Assembly (NCBI GenBank): GCA_018260615.1
Contig: JAGWDQ010000114.1
Span: 3,672-27,576, forward strand
Source: Candidatus Altarchaeum sp.
GTDB taxonomy: Archaea > Altiarchaeota > Altiarchaeia > Altiarchaeales > Altiarchaeaceae
Direction: 5' to 3'
DNA length: 23,905 nt
The notes under the pieces: generated by a model
Databases searched by the model: none
The model's input: the letters and a program-made list of their open reading frames with translations, nothing else
Told to the model about the DNA's origin: nothing
Position numbers and translations under genes: made by a program
Part shown: positions 15,353-23,489 of the stretch, piece after piece
Position numbering within the stretch: the stretch's first letter is position 1
Layout: each line of letters starts with the position of its first letter

Positions 15353-18300
15353 ATGAAAATGAAAAAAATATTTCAACCAGATAAAGGAAAAAAGGATTGG
15401 ATGTTTTTGTTATATATGTTGCTGTTCTTTTCGTTCATGACAATGAACCTATTAGTATTTTTTACTCATGATATAGGATTAAATCTATTGTTTCTTATAA
15501 TTTACCTTATAATACTATACGAGGTAGTAACAAAAAAGAAATTAAAAGCAATATTTCAGCAAGATAGAAAAATCATTCGGGATTATATACTTGCTAATGT
15601 GCAATGTTTAATTGAAGACGTACTAATATCTCTATCATTTTTGATATTAATAGCATTTTCGTTGATTGGCCTAAATTTTGTATCTTTTAATAATGAGTTA
15701 TTTGCTAAAGCTGAGATATTATTTCTAATAGTTTTATTCATTTTATCTTTTGGTGTGTATAGCATTAGATCAAACAGATATCATTCATTTACACAATGGA
15801 GCGTGCTTAGTGATGTAAAAGGATTTAGGTGCCCAAAAGAAGATCGAAGTGATTTCCCACCAATTCATATAGCCCTGATTCTATTTTTAATTCCATTTTC
15901 TTTTCTCTTTTTTGAATTTACTCAAATTAAATCACAAGATGTAACTTACGGATTTTTAACATTTGGTATATTGTGTATTTTCGCTTTTATTCTTTTATCT
16001 TTCTATCAAAAAATATATAAACTCCCAAGAATAAAAGCATATAAAGATTCAGAAGTTACGATTCAAGGTTTGTGGAAATCAACGTTTTCAACTGTATATG
16101 CTTGTTTAGTTTTGTTATGGGCGAGTATTTTTTACCTACGAACAGGAGAACCTGCATCTTTTGGTATCCTTTGTTCTCCGGTATATCTGGACTACGGAAT
16201 CATAATTTTAGGCAGTATTTCCTTCATAATATTTTTATTTTTTTACAAGAAAATAGTGTCACTATATAAACAACCACAAAATATCAGACAAAAAAGTGCG
16301 ATAATTGGCATGATATTTTTACTTATGTTCCTATTTATATTTATAATGGGAAATGTAGGAACGGTAAGTGCTATGAGTTCCGAAGGGTGTGAAGAGATTG
16401 GGCACATCGCTTCACATATGATTTGTAAAGGGTATGCAGGAACTGAGACGGGAGAGTTCTTAAAGCATTGTGTTATCCATGAGAATCCAGATGGTACAAA
16501 GAAACAAGAGTGTACTTTGGAGGTTGTTAAGATTGTTGGAGAGGATACTGCATGTAAGAAGATAATGGAAATAATTGTAGAATATATTTGTCAACCCTCC
16601 CCACCTAAGCCACTTCCGCCTCCACTTAGTCCACCTCAACTTCCACCTCCACCTACTTCACCCCCATCTTTACCGCCTCCGCCTCCTGTACCTCCAATGC
16701 TACCTCCACCTTGTCCGCCTTTTTGTCCACCTCCACCAGGTCCGCCTGGAGCCATTGATCTATCTGCAATAACACCCTTTGGCTTTGGGAACACCACAAA
16801 TGGAACTGCTATCTGTCTGATGGTAACAAATATGTCGGTTCCCTATAATGCCAGCAGTGTATTTAAATTGGCATTAGAAGTTCCGAAAAGTGAATATGTA
16901 GTTTCTCTTGTTGACGATGTTTATTGTGCTTCAGGAATTGATCACACAGAAACTTGCAAAGTGTTACTTGATGCGGATCAAATGACGAAAGATGATTATG
17001 GAGCAGATTTCGCAAATAATAGTGGTGGAATAAACTCAACAATTGAAAACAAATGGAATTATCATTGGGACACAATATGGAATAACACAGCAGATAAATG
17101 GAAGAATGACAACAGAATTCAAGGTGGTTACAGCATGTATAGTTTTGACTCTTTTGCATTTAAAGGTAGAGTTATAACATCTTCAAATGGAATATGGTTT
17201 AAAGAAGGGGATAACAAAAGAATTTGGGTGGAAAATCAAAGTTTAAAAGTTGATTATTATGTTGATAATGTATATGTTGAATATAACGGAAATTTATATG
17301 AAACAGTTCAGCCATATATGGTTGATTTCCATTTTGACAATTCAGCAGAAGAAGCAAATTATGGTAATGAATACAGACAGTTTATTGCCAACTATTATAA
17401 TAATGTTGCTTTGCCTGATATGAAAAATTATATTTTACAAAAAGAACAGGAAATATTGAAGTCAATTGAAGAACAAAGAGTAAATAATGACCCAAAATTT
17501 TACCAATTAAGAGTAATTCATGTGACACTTGGTTTGGCAGAAGCCATGAAACTTTACAATGTTCCAAAACCTGACTTTATAGCAGGTTATAATTGTTATC
17601 CTTCTTGCGACACATCAGATTTGAGAAATTCATCTATTCCAAATCCAAACGATTATCATATTGATCCAAATACATTAAATGGAATTGATTTTAGTAATAT
17701 TCCTTTGTATAGAACCGGATATATAAGCGAAGAAGAATTTTTACCCCAAGAACCGCCTAACATGACCGAAGCAAACTGGACAATTTATGTTAGAGAAGTA
17801 AATATATTAGGTGCAGGAAATAGAATAAATAACACAACGCTGTACGGTTTTAATGAAACTGATGTTGTAGTTATTTTACCTCCAACAAAGCCAGAGTTAA
17901 CACTTGGGGATTGGAGTATTTCATTTGCACCAAATGGATCTATTAATGCTGGCGAGCAGGTAACTATAAATGCCACTATTTTCAACTTTGGAACAACAAA
18001 TGCTACGAATGTTATGGTAAAATTCTATGATGGGGATCCAAATAGTGGCGGAATATTGATAGGAAGTAATACTACAAATTTAGGTCCTTTATGGTTTAAC
18101 GATACAACAATTACATGGACAGCATCAGCAGGAACACATAATATATATGTTGTGATTGACCCCGATAATTTAGTTGCCGAGATAAATGAGAGTAACAATG
18201 TGGCAAATAAAACCATAACTATAGTATTATTACCTGACTTAATAATTGCTAACTTATCTCCAAGCAAAACAAACCTGCTCATTAATGAAACAATTACCTT

Positions 18301-18559
18301 TACTGTTGTAACAAAAAATACCGGAAATCTTTCTACAATAAATTCAAGTTACACTTATTATTATCTTGGAACTACTTATCTTGGCAATATAAGCGTTGGT
18401 GTTTTGGATATTAACATTGCACAGACAAACAACTTTACATGGACATGTCCTTCAACCGCCGGAACTTACACAATCAAAGCAAAAGCAGACGCAACAAATA
18501 CGGTGAGTGAAGGCAACGAAGCAAATAATGAACGAATCTATAACATTACTTGCTACTAA
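15353..18559 (+). CDS. Multi-pass membrane / cell-surface protein with a Cys-rich domain, poly-Pro linker and two C-terminal CARDB (Ig-like) domains, 1068 aa
   Basis: About 9 hydrophobic segments in the first ~340 aa, a six-Cys segment, the Pro-rich run PSPPKPLPPP...PPPPGPPG, many N-x-S/T sequons, and CARDB motifs (KPELT...G.QVTINATIFNFG, VIDPDNLVAEINESNN, LPDLII, ADATNTVSEGNEANN). Confidence 0.85.
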   Translation: MKMKKIFQPDKGKKDWMFLLYMLLFFSFMTMNLLVFFTHDIGLNLLFLIIYLIILYEVVTKKKLKAIFQQDRKIIRDYILANVQCLIEDVLISLSFLILIAFSLIGLNFVSFNNELFAKAEILFLIVLFILSFGVYSIRSNRYHSFTQWSVLSDVKGFRCPKEDRSDFPPIHIALILFLIPFSFLFFEFTQIKSQDVTYGFLTFGILCIFAFILLSFYQKIYKLPRIKAYKDSEVTIQGLWKSTFSTVYACLVLLWASIFYLRTGEPASFGILCSPVYLDYGIIILGSISFIIFLFFYKKIVSLYKQPQNIRQKSAIIGMIFLLMFLFIFIMGNVGTVSAMSSEGCEEIGHIASHMICKGYAGTETGEFLKHCVIHENPDGTKKQECTLEVVKIVGEDTACKKIMEIIVEYICQPSPPKPLPPPLSPPQLPPPPTSPPSLPPPPPVPPMLPPPCPPFCPPPPGPPGAIDLSAITPFGFGNTTNGTAICLMVTNMSVPYNASSVFKLALEVPKSEYVVSLVDDVYCASGIDHTETCKVLLDADQMTKDDYGADFANNSGGINSTIENKWNYHWDTIWNNTADKWKNDNRIQGGYSMYSFDSFAFKGRVITSSNGIWFKEGDNKRIWVENQSLKVDYYVDNVYVEYNGNLYETVQPYMVDFHFDNSAEEANYGNEYRQFIANYYNNVALPDMKNYILQKEQEILKSIEEQRVNNDPKFYQLRVIHVTLGLAEAMKLYNVPKPDFIAGYNCYPSCDTSDLRNSSIPNPNDYHIDPNTLNGIDFSNIPLYRTGYISEEEFLPQEPPNMTEANWTIYVREVNILGAGNRINNTTLYGFNETDVVVILPPTKPELTLGDWSISFAPNGSINAGEQVTINATIFNFGTTNATNVMVKFYDGDPNSGGILIGSNTTNLGPLWFNDTTITWTASAGTHNIYVVIDPDNLVAEINESNNVANKTITIVLLPDLIIANLSPSKTNLLINETITFTVVTKNTGNLSTINSSYTYYYLGTTYLGNISVGVLDINIAQTNNFTWTCPSTAGTYTIKAKADATNTVSEGNEANNERIYNITCY

Positions 18560-18695
18560 TGAAAGTTAGCAACAAGTTTATTAATTGCCCTTAACAGTAA
18601 AAATTGGAATTTTACGCCTATAGAATGTCTCTTTCAATTTTTAGATAAAATCATAAATAAATAACACGTAATTTTTATAAGTCATAATTTAAAAA

Positions 18696-20039
18696 ATGCA
18701 GATTTCGTTTAAAGACAGGGTATATACAAGTCAGCTGAAAAATTTTGTAAACAGCGAAAACAATGAGGTATTAATTGCCGGCTGGGTGCAGGAGACAAGG
18801 GATTTGGGAAATTTAAAATTTATTATTTTGAGGGACAGGGAAGGAACCGCACAAATTTGTATGAAGAAAAAGATAACAGGTGATGAAATATTGAATAAGG
18901 TAAAGGAACTAACGAAGGAGTCAGTAATAAGTGTCAGGGGAAATTTATCTGCAAATCCAAAAGCCCCGAACGGCTATGAAATTTTTCCGAATGAACTAAA
19001 TATTATTTCAATTGCAAATGTTCCGCTACCTTTGGATCCGAGCGAGAAAGCAGTAAAGGCAGATGTTACGGCAAATATTGATACCCGGCTTGACAACAGA
19101 TTCCTTGATTTGAGGAAGAAGGATGTTACGGCAATATTCAGGTTGCGAAATAATATAATTAATGCGGGCAGGAAATTTTTAAGGGACAATAAATTTATTG
19201 AAATCAACTCTCCGAAAATCATCGCAAGTGCATCGGAAGGGGGAACAGAATTATTTCCGATAGCGTATTTTGATAAAGAAGCGTTCCTTGCACAATCGCC
19301 GCAGCTTTACAAGCAGATGCTCATGGCTGCCGGCTTTGACAGGGTTTTTGAGACGGCAACATATTTCAGGGCGGAATCGCATGACACAACGAGACATTTG
19401 AATGAAATCACCGCATTTGACTGTGAAATGTCATTCGTAGATACTGAGAATGATGTTATGGATGTTATTGAGGGATTAATGAAGACAATTTTAAGCGAGG
19501 CGAGGGATTCCGAAGAGGTAAAAATTTTAAATAAAGAAATTTCAATCCCGGAAAAATTTCCCCGTTTAAGTTATGATGAATGTCTGCAATACCTTAATGA
19601 GAAAGGCATAACAATTGAATGGGGAGGAGATATAGACACAAAATGCGAAAGGGTTTTGGGAGAAATAGTAAAAGACAAATTCGGAAGCGAATTGTTCTTC
19701 ATAACAAAATATCCTCTCAAAATAAAGCCGTTTTATACGGCACCGGAAAATTTTGATGCGGATGATAAATATAGCAGAGCGTTTGATTTAGAGTATAAGG
19801 GTGTGGAAATTTCATCAGGAGGACAAAGGGTTCATATTTACGATTTGCTTGCCGAACGGATTAAAAGATGCAATCTGAATCCTGAAAATTTCAAATTTTA
19901 TCTTGATGCATTTAAATACGGAATGCCTCCTCACGGGGGATTTGGACTGGGAATTGAAAGGATTTTAATGCGGATGCTTGATGTGACTGTAAGAGAAGTT
20001 ATATTATTCCCGAGAGACAGGCATCGGCTGACACCTTAA
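18696..20039 (+). CDS. aspS: Aspartyl-tRNA synthetase, archaeal type, probably non-discriminating, 447 aa
   Basis: OB-fold GWVQETRDLG, RLDNRFLDLR, LAQSPQLYKQ, motif 2 FRAE...RHLNE, EISSGGQR, motif 3 GMPPHGGFGLGIER. No bacterial GAD insertion. Confidence 0.97.
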   Translation: MQISFKDRVYTSQLKNFVNSENNEVLIAGWVQETRDLGNLKFIILRDREGTAQICMKKKITGDEILNKVKELTKESVISVRGNLSANPKAPNGYEIFPNELNIISIANVPLPLDPSEKAVKADVTANIDTRLDNRFLDLRKKDVTAIFRLRNNIINAGRKFLRDNKFIEINSPKIIASASEGGTELFPIAYFDKEAFLAQSPQLYKQMLMAAGFDRVFETATYFRAESHDTTRHLNEITAFDCEMSFVDTENDVMDVIEGLMKTILSEARDSEEVKILNKEISIPEKFPRLSYDECLQYLNEKGITIEWGGDIDTKCERVLGEIVKDKFGSELFFITKYPLKIKPFYTAPENFDADDKYSRAFDLEYKGVEISSGGQRVHIYDLLAERIKRCNLNPENFKFYLDAFKYGMPPHGGFGLGIERILMRMLDVTVREVILFPRDRHRLTP

Positions 20040-20069
20040 AATCTGGTATTTTATGTGCTTTAAAAATGC

Positions 20070-20352
20070 TCACACAAAGCCACAAAGTCATAGAGTATTT
20101 AAAAATCTGCTTAAAAGAAATCTCAAAATTGAATATTATAAATTTAATTTTAAACACCATATTTATAAAAATATTGGCAAAAAAACAAATATATAATTAT
20201 CCCAATTTTAGTGGGTCAGCACCTAAAAATCAACAGATTTTTAAAGATTGAAAACTTGTAGTTTTCAGTATTTAAAAAATCTCGCAGATTTTTTAAAGAT
20301 TGAAAATTCTCAAAGAATTTTCAGTATATTTCTCCTTTATGTCTCCGTGTGA
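20070..20352 (-). mobile_element. Small element bounded by inverted arms (copy B) that encloses a tandem pair of hairpin modules
   Basis: On the minus strand the left arm TCACACGGAGACA is 13/13 identical to copy A and the right arm CTTTGTGGCTTTGTGTGA is 17/18 identical. Inside is a ~51-bp tandem duplication (20234..20335) with stems TGAAAAC/GTTTTCA and TGAAAATTCT/AGAATTTTCA. Confidence 0.6.
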
Positions 20353-20479
20353 GGATAATAAAACGAACTTTCCTGTACGATTAAAAACCGCAGGTTGGTA
20401 AAAGTAGTTGCTGCTGCGAGTGTTATTCAAGAACCTTGTGAGAAAAAAGGAAGATGCTACATCTTAATTTTAGATAAAT

Positions 20480-21910
20480 ATGAATGAAAAGGAATTTGAA
20501 AAATTATTACGGGAAAGGGAAAACAAGGATCTGGATTTTAAGTTAGAACTTCCAGAACCTAAAAAAGTCGCTCAATTAGTGGTAGCTTTCTACAACAGCA
20601 GGGGCGGTAAAATTATCATTGGTGTTGAAGATGAAACAAGAAAACCTGTTGGTTTGCAGAATCCTCAAAAGACAGAGCATGGATTCACTCAAATAATAAG
20701 ACACTGGTGCAGGTTGGATGAAGAACCGAAAATTGAATTTGTGAAATATGATAATAAGGACTTTGTTGTGATTCATTGTCCGAAAGGTAAAAACACACCT
20801 TATTTTGTAACTGAAGAATACTCGCCAAGAGTCAGAATTGGCTCATCAAACATGCCTGCAAACAAAGAAGAAATAGCGAGATTATACAGAGAAGGATCAT
20901 CAGAAAGCCAGGATGTTTACACGGTCAAAAATGCAGGATTAGATGATATTGATACAGATAAAATTAAAGAATATTTCAAAGAAAGCAATTTAACCGGTCA
21001 GTTAGACGGAAAACATTTTTATGAGTTATTGAAAAAAGAGCACTTCGTTGTTGAGGAAAACAAAAAACTGATTCCGACTATCGCCGGAATTGTTTTGTTT
21101 GGAAAACATCCTTCTCTGGAACTACCACATATAATAATCAGAGCAGACAGATATAAAGGACTGGATGTTACTATGTGGATTGACAGAGCAGATCTTGAAG
21201 GAAATGCATTTACATTAATTGAGGATACAAAGAAATTTATGTTAAAAAACATAAGAACTTCTTATACTCCGAAGGGGTTTGAAATGGAAACAAAAACCGA
21301 ATACCCTATTAATGCTTTAAAGGAGGCAATGATAAACGCTGTTGTTCATAGGGATTATCATGACAGGGAATCAATTCTTCTTAAGATGTTTGATGACAGG
21401 ATAGAAATATGGAGTCCCGGGGAACTTTTAAGGCCATTAACAATCAGTCAATTAAAGGATTTAACTTATACCTCTAAAAGCAGAAACGAAACAATTGCGG
21501 GTGTTTTTTCCAGAAGGAAGTTGATGGACAAAAGAGGAACGGGAATATTAAGAATGAACAAATTTTGCGATGAATGGAATCTGCCACATCCGGAATTCAA
21601 GGAGCGAACAGGATACTTCGGAATTATATTCAGAAATCCTGACTATTATACAAAATTGCCTGAAATAGATGTAAAGGGATTAAATGAAAGACAGAAACAT
21701 TCGGTAAGATATTTAACGGAACATAAAAAAATAAGCCGTGGAGAATATGCGAAACTTTGTGGTTGTTCTGTTAGAACAGCGTTTAATGATCTTGATGAGA
21801 TGGTTAAAATGAACATATTAAAACGAGTAGGTACAACAGGCAAATACACATACTACATCTTAAAATCTAACGGGCAATCTAACAGGCAATCTAACAGGCA
21901 ATCCAAATAG
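20480..21910 (+). CDS. Schlafen/AlbA_2 domain + HATPase-like (RecG-C-like) domain + C-terminal winged HTH protein, 476 aa
   Basis: AlbA_2 pattern ENKDLDFK...AFYNSRGGKIIIGVED, TIAGIVLFGKHP, EYPINALKEAMINAVVHRDY, DRIEIWSPG, DKRGTGI, and HTH LNERQ...ISRGEYAKLCGCSVRTAFNDL. The gene ends in a 12-bp tandem repeat encoding (G/R)QSN. Confidence 0.9.
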   Translation: MNEKEFEKLLRERENKDLDFKLELPEPKKVAQLVVAFYNSRGGKIIIGVEDETRKPVGLQNPQKTEHGFTQIIRHWCRLDEEPKIEFVKYDNKDFVVIHCPKGKNTPYFVTEEYSPRVRIGSSNMPANKEEIARLYREGSSESQDVYTVKNAGLDDIDTDKIKEYFKESNLTGQLDGKHFYELLKKEHFVVEENKKLIPTIAGIVLFGKHPSLELPHIIIRADRYKGLDVTMWIDRADLEGNAFTLIEDTKKFMLKNIRTSYTPKGFEMETKTEYPINALKEAMINAVVHRDYHDRESILLKMFDDRIEIWSPGELLRPLTISQLKDLTYTSKSRNETIAGVFSRRKLMDKRGTGILRMNKFCDEWNLPHPEFKERTGYFGIIFRNPDYYTKLPEIDVKGLNERQKHSVRYLTEHKKISRGEYAKLCGCSVRTAFNDLDEMVKMNILKRVGTTGKYTYYILKSNGQSNRQSNRQSK

Positions 21911-22060
21911 AATCAGCGCATTCACTTTGTCGGGTCTAAAAAACTGGCTATTATCAACTTAAATTACCTAATAAATTACCTAATAAAAAGGGTAGGATAA
22001 TTAAGAATGAACAAATTTGCGATGAATGGAATCTGCATAACCCGGAGAATAAAGCAACAG
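21911..22060 (+). pseudogene. Mosaic relic of AlbA_2/HATPase-family paralogue fragments
   Basis: 22001..22036 matches 21548..21584 of the upstream gene at 36/37 nt (one deletion). 21911..21987 reads RIHFVGSKK(T)GYYQLKLPNKLPNK if one A is restored, resembling an alternative HTH end. Confidence 0.7.
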
Positions 22061-22083
22061 ATGATGCAAAACAAAAAGAAACA

Positions 22084-22132
22084 TCACTTCACTCTCGTTC
22101 AGAGATTTTAAATTTAAATAAATTTTAAAATG
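22084..22132 (+). repeat. Head+hairpin module whose last bases form the enolase start codon
   Basis: TCACTTCACTCTCGTTCAGAG followed by ATTTTAAATTT...AAATTTTAAAATG. The terminal ATG is 22130..22132. Confidence 0.65.
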
Positions 22133-23407
22133 GAAAAAATCAAATCAGTTAAAGCAAGGGAAATTTTGGATTCAAGAGGAAATCCGACAGTAGAGGTTGA
22201 AATTACATTAGATAGCGGAATAAAAGCAAGAAGCGATGTTCCTTCGGGTGCATCAACAGGAACTTATGAGGCGCTGGAATTAAGAGATAACGACAGGAAA
22301 AGATACAAAGGAAAAGGAGTGCTGAAAGCGGTTGAGAATGTAAATAATATCATCGCCCCCAAAATTGCCGGAATGAGTATTGAAGAAGGACAAGAAAAAT
22401 TTGATGAAATAATGCTCAATTTAGACGGAACAGAGAACAAATCAAATTTGGGAGCAAATGCAATACTCGGTGTTTCAATGGCAATAGCGAGGGTATCGGC
22501 AATGTCTTTAAATTTACCTCTTTATAAATATTTCAACAGGGACGCAAAAATTTTACCTGTTCCGATGATGAATATTCTGAATGGTGGGGCACACGCAAAC
22601 TGGCAAAGCACGGATTTTCAGGAATTTATGCTCGTTCCCTGGGGGGCAAAAAATTTTGCAGAGTCGCTGAGATACGGAGCGGAAATTTATCACGAATTAA
22701 AAATTTTGCTGAAGAGTAAGGGCTTTTCAACAAGTGTCGGCGATGAAGGCGGATTTGTTGTCAATGTCAAATCAAATGAAGAACCAATAAAACTGATAAT
22801 CAATGCAATAGAAAATGCGGGCTATGAGTATTATAAAGATGTAGGTATATCTTTGGATGTTGCTGCAAGCGGATTCTATAAAAATGGAATGTATGAATTG
22901 AAGACGGAAAATTTAAATTTGTCAGGTGATGAAATGACTGAAAAATACAAAGGTTTAGTTGAGAAATATAAAATTTTATCAGTTGAGGACGGACTGGCAG
23001 AGGATGACTGGGAAGGGTGGAATAAAATGAATAAAGAAATAGGAGAAAAAACAATGCTTATCGGAGATGATTTGTTTGTGACAAATATTAAACGACTTGG
23101 GAGGGGGATAAAAGAAAAGTCGGCAAATGCCGTGCTTATTAAATTAAATCAGATTGGGACTGTAAGCGAGACAATAAATGCGATAAATTTAGCCCACAAA
23201 ACAAAGTGGAATGTCGTGATTTCGCATAGAAGCGGAGAAACATGCGATAGTTTTATTGCTGATTTTTGTGTTGGGATGAACAGCAAATTAATAAAAACAG
23301 GAGCACCTTGCAGAAGTGAAAGGGTTGAGAAATATAATCAACTGCTCAGAATAGAGGAAGAAATGGGAAATAAAGGAAAATTTGCAGGAAAGGAAGCGTT
23401 TAAATGA
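22130..23407 (+). CDS. eno: Enolase, 425 aa
   Basis: AREILDSRGNPTVEVE, VPSGASTG, GDEGG, LDVAAS, GDDLFVTN, LIKLNQIG, SHRSGET, IKTGAPCRSERVEKYNQLLRIEE. Confidence 0.99.
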   Translation: MEKIKSVKAREILDSRGNPTVEVEITLDSGIKARSDVPSGASTGTYEALELRDNDRKRYKGKGVLKAVENVNNIIAPKIAGMSIEEGQEKFDEIMLNLDGTENKSNLGANAILGVSMAIARVSAMSLNLPLYKYFNRDAKILPVPMMNILNGGAHANWQSTDFQEFMLVPWGAKNFAESLRYGAEIYHELKILLKSKGFSTSVGDEGGFVVNVKSNEEPIKLIINAIENAGYEYYKDVGISLDVAASGFYKNGMYELKTENLNLSGDEMTEKYKGLVEKYKILSVEDGLAEDDWEGWNKMNKEIGEKTMLIGDDLFVTNIKRLGRGIKEKSANAVLIKLNQIGTVSETINAINLAHKTKWNVVISHRSGETCDSFIADFCVGMNSKLIKTGAPCRSERVEKYNQLLRIEEEMGNKGKFAGKEAFK

Positions 23408-23489
23408 GCGTTTAAATTTGTGAACATAAAATTTCAAAAAAGTCAAAAAATTACTGAAAATCTGCAAGATTTTCAATCTTATTTTCAAA

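Noticed and set aside
20353-20479. Possible gene relic or attC-like site upstream of the AlbA_2 gene
   Set aside because: Short open frames without recognisable motifs and no proper RYYYAAC/GTTRRRY pairing.
8961-23488. Remaining short ORFs antisense to or out of frame within R-M, CBS, tubulin-like, surface, aspS, AlbA_2 and eno genes
   Set aside because: All are nested in well-supported genes and have no independent protein signatures.
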